64,000 nucleotides of DNA from Myxococcota bacterium (lineage in GTDB: Bacteria > Myxococcota_A > UBA9160 > SZUA-336), in the NCBI GenBank assembly GCA_035498015.1, contig DATKAO010000154.1:870-64869 (forward strand), read 5' to 3'. Below, in pieces: positions 28,979 through 37,145 of this stretch. The number at the start of each line of letters is the position of its first letter. Position 1 is the stretch's first letter. Below the pieces are notes generated by a model. It saw only the letters and a program-made list of their open reading frames with translations, was not told where the DNA came from and made no database searches. The translations under genes and the position numbers were made by a program.

Positions 28979-30102
28979 GCCCGCTTCACCAGCCCGAGCG
29001 CCAGGTCCGCCACCCGCTCTGCGGCGCCGGGCGGGCCGAGCTTCGCGACCGCGCGCGCCAGGCCGCGCTTCATCTCCGCGCGCGCGCCGGCGTCGTGCAG
29101 CAGCCGGGACACCAGCGCGGCGATCGCCGCGGGACGCGCCTGGCCCTGGATGCGTTCGGGCACGATGCCCTCGCCCGCCACCAGATTCACCATGCAGCTC
29201 GACGACACGGTCGCGAGCCGCCGGGCCAGCTCGAAGGTGAGCGGGCTCGTGCGGTGCGCGACCACCAGCGGCACGCCCAGGATCGCCGCCTCGATCGTGG
29301 CGGTGCCTGCCGCGGACACGAGACAGGTCGACGCCGCCATCGCCTCGTGCGAGCGGCCGCGCACCACGCGCAGCCAGTCCGGCGCGCCGAACGACTCGGC
29401 GGAGAGCGTGGGCGCGACGATCAGCAGCGCCTGCAGCCCGGGCAGCGCGCCGCGCAGCAGCTCGAGTGACTCGCGCATGAGCGGCCAGTTGCGCTCGACC
29501 TCGTTGTGCCGGCTGCCCGGCAAGAGACCCACGATCGGCTGCGCCGGGTCGAGCCCGAGCGAGCGCGCGAGCTCGGAGCGGTCGCGCTCGTGCGCCAGCG
29601 GCGCCAGGCGGTCGATCAGCGGGTGACCCACGAACTCGGCCCGGATGCCCGCGGCGCGCAGGAACGGCTCCTCGAAGGGGAAGATCACCGCCATCTGGTC
29701 GGTGCGGCGCGCGAGCTTGCGCACGCGCCCGGCCCGCCAGGCCCAGACCTGCGGCGCCACGTAGTACAGCACGGGCACGCCGTGGCGCTTGGCGACCGAG
29801 GCGAGCGGCAGGTTCAGGTCGGGTGAGTCGACGAACACCGCGAGCTCGGGCTTCCCGCCCGTGAGTGCCCGCCGCAGCCGCGTGTAGGCCCCGGCCACGC
29901 GCGGCGCCGCGCCCAGCACCTCGACCAGGCCCGCGATCGCGATCTCGGACTGCGCGACCAGGGGCCGGAAGCCCGCCGCCTCGAGCGACGCCCCGCCCAG
30001 GCCGAAGGCGTCGAGCTCGGGGACGCGCTTGCGCAGCGCCTCGACCAGCGCGGCGGCGTGCAAGTCACCCGAGGCGTCGGCGGTGGAGAGGAACAGCTTC
30101 AC
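28975..30102 (-). CDS. lpxB: Lipid-A-disaccharide synthase
   Basis: GTG start at 30102 in a GTGA overlap with the upstream stop. VKLFLSTADASGDLHAAALVEAL...YYVAPQVWAWRAGRV...LLPGSRHNEVERNWP. The listed 658-aa ORF N-terminus is shadow. Confidence 0.85.
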   Translation of the reverse strand: MKLFLSTADASGDLHAAALVEALRKRVPELDAFGLGGASLEAAGFRPLVAQSEIAIAGLVEVLGAAPRVAGAYTRLRRALTGGKPELAVFVDSPDLNLPLASVAKRHGVPVLYYVAPQVWAWRAGRVRKLARRTDQMAVIFPFEEPFLRAAGIRAEFVGHPLIDRLAPLAHERDRSELARSLGLDPAQPIVGLLPGSRHNEVERNWPLMRESLELLRGALPGLQALLIVAPTLSAESFGAPDWLRVVRGRSHEAMAASTCLVSAAGTATIEAAILGVPLVVAHRTSPLTFELARRLATVSSSCMVNLVAGEGIVPERIQGQARPAAIAALVSRLLHDAGARAEMKRGLARAVAKLGPPGAAERVADLALGLVKRA

Positions 30103-31070
30103 CCGCCGGCCTCGATCGGCTCGATCGCCTCCTGGATGCGCAGCGCGAGCTCGAGCGCGCGCACGCCGTCGGCGCCACTCACCTCGGGCTCGGCGCGCGT
30201 GCGCACGCACTCGGCGAACGCGCGGTCCTGCAAGAGCAGCGCGTCGGCGGCGTCGAACTCGAGCTTCTCGACCACGATGCGCGGCGCCTCGCCTTCGCCC
30301 GGCACGCCCTCGCGACGCACCAGCGTGATCTTGTTCTCGCCCAGGTCGAGCGATACGTAGGCGTCGGACTGGAACAGCCGCACCTTGCGCAGCCGCTCGA
30401 GTGACACGCGGCTGGCGGTGAGGTTCACGACGCATCCGCCCACGAGCCGCAGCCGCGCGTTCGCGATGTCTTCCGTCTTCGACAACACCGGCACGCCGAC
30501 CGCCTCGACCCGCTCGGCCTCGCCCCCCGCGAGCTCGGCCACGATGTCGAGGTCGTGGATCATGAGGTCGAGCACGACCGACACGTCGGTGGCGCGCGCC
30601 GGGTAGGGCCCGATGCGGTGCGCCTCCACGAAGCGCGGCCGGCCGAGCGCGGGGCGAATGGCGCGGAACGCGCGCGAGAAGCGCTCGATGTGACCCACCT
30701 GCAGGATGCGCCCGCGCGCACGCGCCGTGTCGACCAGCCGGCGCGCCTCGGCGCGCGTGGTCGCGATCGGCTTCTCGACCAGACAGTCGACGCCGGACTC
30801 GAGCAGCTCCTCCGCGACGCGCGCGTGCTCGGAGGTGTGCACGGCCACGATCGCGGCGTCGGCCTGCCGGGCGATCTCGGCCACGCTGCCGATCACGCGC
30901 GTGCCGAACTTCTGCGCCACCTCGGCGGCGCGAGCCGCGTCGCGGTCGCACACTCCCGCGAGCTCGATCACGCCCTCGCCCGCCAGCTGCGCGAGCTTCT
31001 CGACGTGGAAGCGGCCCATGTGACCCACACCGACGACCGCGATGCGCGGGAGCGATGACCGCGTGGGCAC
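30099..31070 (-). CDS. Gfo/Idh/MocA family NAD(P)-dependent oxidoreductase
   Basis: GTG start at 31070. Rossmann IAVVGVGHMGRFH, EKP motif VDCLVEKPIA and C-terminal alpha/beta domain. Embedded between lpxI and lpxB. Confidence 0.75.
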   Translation of the reverse strand: MPTRSSLPRIAVVGVGHMGRFHVEKLAQLAGEGVIELAGVCDRDAARAAEVAQKFGTRVIGSVAEIARQADAAIVAVHTSEHARVAEELLESGVDCLVEKPIATTRAEARRLVDTARARGRILQVGHIERFSRAFRAIRPALGRPRFVEAHRIGPYPARATDVSVVLDLMIHDLDIVAELAGGEAERVEAVGVPVLSKTEDIANARLRLVGGCVVNLTASRVSLERLRKVRLFQSDAYVSLDLGENKITLVRREGVPGEGEAPRIVVEKLEFDAADALLLQDRAFAECVRTRAEPEVSGADGVRALELALRIQEAIEPIEAGG

Positions 31071-31071
31071 G

Positions 31072-31896
31072 CTAGGCGTCCTCGGGTCCGAGCCCGACGA
31101 TCGAGATGCCCGCGCGCTCGGCGGCGGCGCGGGTCTTCTCGGGCTCGAGCACGAGCGTGCGCGCGGCTTCGAGACCGATCGCGCGCAGCCGGCACTCACT
31201 CGCCACCGCGATCGTGCCGGGCCCGATCACCGGCACGTCGAAGCGCATGTCCTGCTCGCGCTTGGCGGCCTTCACCAGCACCGCGCCGGCGCCGAACTCG
31301 GCGGCGCGCCGCAGCATGCGGTCGGTGCCCTCGAGCGCCTCGACCGCGAGCACGGTGCCCTGCCGCACCACGCAGGCCTGGCCCACGTCGTGCTCGCCCA
31401 GGCTCGCCACCACGCGCAGGCCAAGCGCCAGGTCGGCGCGCAGCCTCTCGTCGAGCGGCGCGCCGCACCACAAGCCGCGCGCAGTCATGCGGCTGCCGAG
31501 ATAGCGCGTCGACTCCACCACGGGCAGGCCCTCGGCCGCGAGCTCGTCGGCCACCGCGCGCAGAATCGCGTCGTCGCCGCGCGCGGCCAGCTTGCCCAAG
31601 AGCGCCAGCGCCCGCGCGTCGGGCCGCAGCCGGCGCGGGTCCGAGAGCAGCGCCCGCTTGCTCACCGCGCCCGCCAGGATCACCTCGCGCGAGCCCGCCC
31701 CGCGCAGGAACTCGATCAGCTTGCCCAGCTCGCCCGCGTTCAGCCAGGCGAACGAGTCACTCGACTCGGACTCGATCGCGGGGTCGGCGTTGTCCTCGAT
31801 GGCCGCGATCGCCAGGCCGAGCCCGCGCTCGCGCGCCGCGCGCGCGACCTCGAAGGGTAGCGGCCCGCTGCCCGCGATCAGCCCGAGCACCGCCAT
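31072..31896 (-). CDS. lpxI: UDP-2,3-diacylglucosamine hydrolase LpxI (DUF1009)
   Basis: MAVLGLIAGSGPLPFEVARAARERGL...VILAGAV...QDMRFDVPVIGPGTIAVASE matches LpxI. No LpxH-type metallophosphatase is present in the cluster. Confidence 0.8.
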   Translation of the reverse strand: MAVLGLIAGSGPLPFEVARAARERGLGLAIAAIEDNADPAIESESSDSFAWLNAGELGKLIEFLRGAGSREVILAGAVSKRALLSDPRRLRPDARALALLGKLAARGDDAILRAVADELAAEGLPVVESTRYLGSRMTARGLWCGAPLDERLRADLALGLRVVASLGEHDVGQACVVRQGTVLAVEALEGTDRMLRRAAEFGAGAVLVKAAKREQDMRFDVPVIGPGTIAVASECRLRAIGLEAARTLVLEPEKTRAAAERAGISIVGLGPEDA

Positions 31897-31923
31897 GGCG
31901 ATTCGCCCCGCGGTGGCGCCGCG

Positions 31924-32706
31924 TCAGCGGCGCCGCGCGAAACCGTGCTCCGACTTCTCGAGGAACGCGACCATGCGCTCCGCCTCGGGCGAGCTCGGCA
32001 GCTCGGCGCGCACCTTGGCGTAGGCCTCGTGCGCGCGCAGCCCGTCGCGGAAGATGATGCGGAACGCGCGCTCCACGTCCTCGATGCGCTCCGCGGCCAG
32101 GCCGCGCCGCTCGAGGTTGACGCGGTTCATCTTGATCACGCGCGCCGGCCAGCCGTTGACCAGCGTGAAGGGCGCGGCGTCCTGGGTGAGGCCGGAGAGC
32201 GCGGCCACCATCACCGACTCACCCACGCGCACGCGCTGCTGGATCGCGGCTCCGCCCGCGAGATATGCGTAGTCTTCGATCACCACGTGACCCGCGAGCA
32301 TGACGTTGTTGGCGACGATCACGTGACTGCCGATCATGCAGTCGTGACCCACGTGGGCGTTGATCATGATCATGTTGTCGTCGCCCAGGCGCGTCGTGCC
32401 GCCGCCCAGCGCCGTGCCGGGATGGATCGACGCCTGCTCGCGGATCATGTTGCGGGCGCCGATCTCGAGCCGCGTGTGCTCGCCCTTGTACTTCACGTCC
32501 TGCGGCTGCTCGCCCAGGCTCGCGAAGGGGAACACGTGCGTCTCGCGGCCGACCTCGGTGTGACCCGAGACCACGGCGTGCGAGCGGAGCACCACGCCCT
32601 CGCCGAGCCGCACGTTGGGCCCGACCACGCAGAACGGCCCGATCTCGACGCCGTCCGCGAGCTCCGCGCCGGGATCGACGATCGCCGACGGATGGATCCG
32701 TTTCAT
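31924..32706 (-). CDS. lpxA: Acyl-ACP--UDP-N-acetylglucosamine O-acyltransferase
   Basis: Left-handed beta-helix hexapeptide repeats (IHPSAIVDPGAELADGVEIGPFCVVGPNVRLGEG...) and the C-terminal helical domain. Confidence 0.9.
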   Translation of the reverse strand: MKRIHPSAIVDPGAELADGVEIGPFCVVGPNVRLGEGVVLRSHAVVSGHTEVGRETHVFPFASLGEQPQDVKYKGEHTRLEIGARNMIREQASIHPGTALGGGTTRLGDDNMIMINAHVGHDCMIGSHVIVANNVMLAGHVVIEDYAYLAGGAAIQQRVRVGESVMVAALSGLTQDAAPFTLVNGWPARVIKMNRVNLERRGLAAERIEDVERAFRIIFRDGLRAHEAYAKVRAELPSSPEAERMVAFLEKSEHGFARRR

Positions 32707-33158
32707 GCCTCCCCCCCTTCCTTCGGAACGAACGCGGCCATGATCACCGCCTCGGCGACGGTCTCTCCCCCGACCGACGCCTTGGCCTCGATCTTGATCA
32801 GCTTCGAGCGCGCCGCGAGCGCGCGCGCCTCGAGCACGAGCACGTCGCCCGGCACCACCTGGCGGCGGAAGCGCGCGCCGTCGATGCCCGCCAGCACCGA
32901 GAGCTTCTCGCGCAGCGCGGGCGAGTTGGTCGCCGCCCAGATACCCGCCGCCTGCGCCATGGCTTCGAGGATCAGCACCCCCGGAAAGATCGGGCGGCCC
33001 GGAAAGTGACCCTGCAGCGCGGGCTCGTTGGAAGAGATCACCTTCTCGGCGCGCACGTAGTTCTCGCCGATTTCGAGCACGCGGTCGATCATGAGCATCG
33101 GGTACCGGTGCGGAAGCAGCTCGAGAATGCGCTCGCGGCCGAGGGGTCCCTTCTCCAT
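32703..33158 (-). CDS. fabZ: 3-hydroxyacyl-ACP dehydratase
   Basis: ILELLPHRYPMLMIDRVLE...LQGHFPGRPIFPGVLILEAMAQAAG (hot-dog fold). ATG at 33158. Confidence 0.9.
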   Translation of the reverse strand: MEKGPLGRERILELLPHRYPMLMIDRVLEIGENYVRAEKVISSNEPALQGHFPGRPIFPGVLILEAMAQAAGIWAATNSPALREKLSVLAGIDGARFRRQVVPGDVLVLEARALAARSKLIKIEAKASVGGETVAEAVIMAAFVPKEGGEA

Positions 33159-33160
33159 GG

Positions 33161-33685
33161 TCACTTCTCGTTCAGCTTCTTGATCACGAGGTCGGTCACG
33201 TCGAGCGCGTCGGGTGCGAACAGCACGCCGGGCGTGGAGCGGTCGAGGATCAGGTCGAACTGCTTCTCCTTGCCGATCGAGGTCACGATCTCCTCGAGCC
33301 GCTTCGCGATCGGCGAGAGCAGCTTCTGCTGCTGCACCACCAGCTCGTCCTTCGCGGCCTGGACGTCGCGGTCGAGGTCGCGCGTGCAGCGCTGGAACTC
33401 GATGGTCTTCTCCTGGAGGGCGTCGTCCGACATCACGAACTTCTGCGACTCGGTGTCCTCCTGGATCTTCTTGCACTGGTTCGAGCGCGGCTCGATCTCC
33501 TTCTTCTTCTTCTCCTGGAGCTGGGTCAGGGTCTTCTCGGCCTCCTTCCCCCGGTCGCTCGAGATCAGCGCGCGCTGGCGATCGACGAGCGCCAGCTTGA
33601 AATCGGCCGCGGCCGGAAGGGCCGGGATGAAGAGGGCGAGCGCCAGGCCGAGCCGGAGGCCGGCGTTTCGGGTGCAGAGCTGCAT
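33161..33685 (-). CDS. skp: OmpH/Skp family periplasmic chaperone
   Basis: Signal peptide, then charged coiled-coil DFKLALVDRQRALISSDRGKEAEKTLTQLQEKKKKE... Positioned directly downstream of bamA, as Skp usually is. Confidence 0.75.
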   Translation of the reverse strand: MQLCTRNAGLRLGLALALFIPALPAAADFKLALVDRQRALISSDRGKEAEKTLTQLQEKKKKEIEPRSNQCKKIQEDTESQKFVMSDDALQEKTIEFQRCTRDLDRDVQAAKDELVVQQQKLLSPIAKRLEEIVTSIGKEKQFDLILDRSTPGVLFAPDALDVTDLVIKKLNEK

Positions 33686-33748
33686 GGAGTCTCCTTTGCG
33701 GGGGCTACACCGTGCCGTTTCGCGGCCCGGAGGGAAAGTGAGCGTTTT

Positions 33749-36364
33749 TCAGTACTGCTGCCCGCCGAGGGAAAACTCGAACACCGAGCCCTGCTCGTCG
33801 GTCAGCTTGTCCAGCGGGAAGCCCAGAATCACCATGATCGGGCCGAACGGGCTGAACCATTGAATGCCGGCCCCGGTGCCGAAGCGGAAGTCCACCGGGT
33901 TGATGAACTCGTTTTCGGCGAACGCGTTGCCCATGTCGAGAAAGACGATCCCGGACAGACCCAGCTCTTCCGAGATGGGGAAATCGAACTCCAGGTTGAT
34001 CAGCATCATCGAGTTGCCGCCGATCACGTCGGTGGCTTTCAGGTTCTCGAAGTCCGAGATGTCCTGATCGGTGATGTCGTTGCACACGTTGCCCGGCTTG
34101 CACTGACCCTGGGGCGTGGTCTGTCCGGTCTTGGTCTCGCGCCCGAACGGCGTGAACAAGAGCGCATTGCCCTGGCGGAACTGGGACAGGATCGTGCGCC
34201 GCGGCCCGAGCGAGCGCTGCTTGAAGCCGCGCACCTCGAACGCGCCGATGCCGCCCAGGAAGTAGCGCTCGGTGAGCGGGAGCTTCAGGTCCGTGTCGAT
34301 GTCCTGCAGGAACTTCACCTGCGGCACCGTCTCGAGGCTCGTGCAGTCCGACTGACCGCAGCCCGGCAGGCTGAAGTCCGAGATGTTGTTGAACGGCAGC
34401 ACGTAGCCGATGCGCGAGTTGAACACGAACGTGGAGTCGAAGCCGAGCCAGCGCTTCAGCGGGTAGAACTGCGTGGTGCGCGCCTCGGCGCGCAGGAACT
34501 GCGAGAACCCACCCAGCCCCGCGAACTCGACCGCGATGCCCGAGACACTGCCGTTCTTCGGGAAGCGCAGGTCGTCGCGCGTGTCGCGCCGCAGCGAGAA
34601 GGTCACGAGCGACGTGGTGGTGAGGCCCTGGAACTCCTCGCGCTGCAGGAGCGACGCGGCCTGCACCGACTCGAAGCCGGTGACCTTGCGGCCCGAGAAG
34701 GCGTAGCCGCCCGACGCGTAGGTGTACGACTCGTCGAGCGGGTACGACAGGTTCACGCTGGCGCCGGTGAGCTTCTCCTCGAAATCGACGTACTGACTGG
34801 CCGCGCTCTGTCCGGTGACTGCCAGGCTGGCCTGCGTGCCGAACACGTAGGGCTCGATGAAGCGCAGGTAGAAGTTCTTGTTGATCGAGCCCAGGTCGAC
34901 GCCCGCCGACAGCGAGCGGCCGGTGCCGAACAGGTTGTCCTGGCGCACCGAGCCCGAGATGATGAAGCCGTCGACCGAGCCGAAGCCGGCACCGAAGCTG
35001 AAGCTGCCCGTCGGCTTCTCGACCACGTCGACGTTCATCGCCACGCGGTGCGGCTCATCGGAGGGCTTGGCCCCGATGTCCACTTCCTCGAAGTAACCCA
35101 GCCGCTGCACGCGCATCTTGCTCATCGCGACCGCGGCGGTGGAGTACATGTCGCCCTCGGCGATGGTCAGCTCGCGGCGCACGACGGTGTCTTTGGTGCG
35201 CGTGTTGCCGTGCAGGTCGATGCCGTCGACGAAGTACAGCTCGCCCTTCTTGACCTCGAAGTTGGTCGCGACGGTGAGCTTCTCCGGGTCGACCTGCGTG
35301 ATCGGATTCACCGCGGCGTCGTAGAAGCCCCGGTCGCCGTAGAAGCTGCGCAGCCGGTCGACGTCGGCGGTGAGCTTGGAGCGGCTGAACACGTCGCCCT
35401 GTCTCTGCTCGAGCAGCGAGAGCAGCTGGTCGCGATCCATGGTCTCGTCACCCAGCACGTCGACCGTGCCCACGTGGAACTGCGGGCCCTCGCTGATGTC
35501 GACCGCGACCTTGATGCCCTCGTCGCTGACCTGCACGTCGGGCTCGCCGAGCTGCACGCGGATGTAGCCCTGGTCCATGTACAGGCGCTGGATCTTGTCG
35601 AGGTCCTGGTAGAACAGCGGCTCGGCGTACAGACCCGAGTTGTCCCACATCTGAGTCACCCAGGAGGTGAGCGTCCAGACCTTGGTCTGCATCGCGCCGC
35701 GCAGCTGGCGGTCGGAGAGCGCCTTGTTGCCGCGGAAGTCGATCTCGCGGAGCTTGAGCTTCTTGCCCTCGACCACGTCGAAGTTCACGCCCACCGAGCC
35801 CTCGCCCTGCGGCTCCAGCGTGTAGTCGACCTTGGCCTGGTAGTAGCCCTTGGCCTGGTACTGGGCCTCGATACGCTGCTTGTTCTCCATCAACAGCGGG
35901 TAGTCGACGGTCGAGCCGACGGTGATCGTGAGCTTCTGCTTGATGTCGTCGGAGCCGATGTTCTGGTTCCCCGAGATACTCACCTGCCGGATGACCGGGT
36001 TCTCTTCGACCTGGTAGGTCACGAGCGCGCCGCCGCCCGGCGCGCGGTCGATGTCGACGCGCACGTTGTGGAAGAAACCCAGCCCGTAGATGCGCCTCAC
36101 GTCCTCGGCCAGGCGCGACTGCGTGATCTTGTCGCCGACCTTGGTGCCGATCACGGCCTTCACCGCGTCGGCCTCGATGCGCCGGTTGCCGGCCACCTGG
36201 ATGTCGGAGACGACCACGCCGCGGAAGCCGGGCGGGATCGGCGCCTCCTGCTGCGGGGCCTCGGCCGGGGCCGCCAGGTCCGCGGGCGCCGGCTGCTGCG
36301 CGCGCGCAGTGAGTGCGGCGCAGAGACAGAAAAAGCCCAGCGCAGCGACACGGCATCGTGTCAC
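33749..36364 (-). CDS. bamA: Outer membrane protein assembly factor BamA
   Basis: Signal peptide, five POTRA-like repeats and a C-terminal 16-strand barrel ending in ...GFPLDKLTDEQGSVFEFSLGGQQY with aromatic-rich terminus. GTG start at 36364. Confidence 0.9.
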   Translation of the reverse strand: MTRCRVAALGFFCLCAALTARAQQPAPADLAAPAEAPQQEAPIPPGFRGVVVSDIQVAGNRRIEADAVKAVIGTKVGDKITQSRLAEDVRRIYGLGFFHNVRVDIDRAPGGGALVTYQVEENPVIRQVSISGNQNIGSDDIKQKLTITVGSTVDYPLLMENKQRIEAQYQAKGYYQAKVDYTLEPQGEGSVGVNFDVVEGKKLKLREIDFRGNKALSDRQLRGAMQTKVWTLTSWVTQMWDNSGLYAEPLFYQDLDKIQRLYMDQGYIRVQLGEPDVQVSDEGIKVAVDISEGPQFHVGTVDVLGDETMDRDQLLSLLEQRQGDVFSRSKLTADVDRLRSFYGDRGFYDAAVNPITQVDPEKLTVATNFEVKKGELYFVDGIDLHGNTRTKDTVVRRELTIAEGDMYSTAAVAMSKMRVQRLGYFEEVDIGAKPSDEPHRVAMNVDVVEKPTGSFSFGAGFGSVDGFIISGSVRQDNLFGTGRSLSAGVDLGSINKNFYLRFIEPYVFGTQASLAVTGQSAASQYVDFEEKLTGASVNLSYPLDESYTYASGGYAFSGRKVTGFESVQAASLLQREEFQGLTTTSLVTFSLRRDTRDDLRFPKNGSVSGIAVEFAGLGGFSQFLRAEARTTQFYPLKRWLGFDSTFVFNSRIGYVLPFNNISDFSLPGCGQSDCTSLETVPQVKFLQDIDTDLKLPLTERYFLGGIGAFEVRGFKQRSLGPRRTILSQFRQGNALLFTPFGRETKTGQTTPQGQCKPGNVCNDITDQDISDFENLKATDVIGGNSMMLINLEFDFPISEELGLSGIVFLDMGNAFAENEFINPVDFRFGTGAGIQWFSPFGPIMVILGFPLDKLTDEQGSVFEFSLGGQQY

Positions 36365-36473
36365 GGGCGCTGCCCCGCACGCTGCGGACGGAGATCACTG
36401 AATGGGAGCTTCAAGGGGAAGTCCGCCTCGAGGGGGACCGCAGTGTACCCGAGACGCCCCCCCGGGAGCATCG

Positions 36474-37145
36474 CTAAGACTCGAGCCTGCCCTCGACCAG
36501 GTAACGCTTCTTGGCCAGGCGGTTCGCGAGCTTTTCGTTGTGGGTGACGAGCACGAGGGCGGTCCGTGCCTGGGCGTTCAATTTCAGGAACAGATCGACC
36601 ACGTCGTCGGCCGTGTGGGGGTCCAGGTTGCCGGTGGGCTCGTCGGCCAGCACGACCGCGGGATCGAGCACGAGCGCGCGCGCGATCGCCACGCGCTGGC
36701 GCTCGCCGCCGGAGAGCTTGCCGGGGTTGTGCGCCAGCCGGTGCGACAGACCCACGGCGTCGAGCATGGCGCGCGCCTTCTCGCGCGACTCGCGCCGGGA
36801 CATGCCGCCCAGCATGCAGGGCATCATCACGTTCTCGAGCGCGTCGAACTCGGGCAGCAGGTGGTGTGACTGGAACACGAAGCCGAGCTGGCGGTTGCGG
36901 AAGGCGGCCACTTCGTCCTGCGGCAGCGCGTACAGGTCCTTGCCGCCGAAGCGCACCTCGCCGGCGCTCGGGCGTTCGAGCCCGCCCAGCACGTGCAACA
37001 GCGTCGACTTGCCGGCGCCGGACACGCCGAGCACGGCGAGTGACTCGCCGGGCCGTAGCAGGAGACTCACGCCGTTCAGCACCTCGATCGTGCTGTCGCC
37101 GAGCTGGAAGCGCTTCACCACGCCGACGGCTTCGAGCTCACTCAT
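36474..37145 (-). CDS. lolD: Lipoprotein-releasing system ATP-binding protein
   Basis: Walker A GVSGAGKSTLLHVL, signature LSGGERQRVAIARAL, Walker B VLADEPTGNLD. Immediately downstream of the FtsX-like lolC/E. Confidence 0.85.
   Translation of the reverse strand: MSELEAVGVVKRFQLGDSTIEVLNGVSLLLRPGESLAVLGVSGAGKSTLLHVLGGLERPSAGEVRFGGKDLYALPQDEVAAFRNRQLGFVFQSHHLLPEFDALENVMMPCMLGGMSRRESREKARAMLDAVGLSHRLAHNPGKLSGGERQRVAIARALVLDPAVVLADEPTGNLDPHTADDVVDLFLKLNAQARTALVLVTHNEKLANRLAKKRYLVEGRLES

Noticed and set aside
33860-36547. 895-aa plus-strand ORF antisense to bamA
   Set aside because: The translation is low-complexity (Leu/Arg/Ala/Val/Asp runs) with no domain features. bamA on the opposite strand carries POTRA and beta-barrel features.
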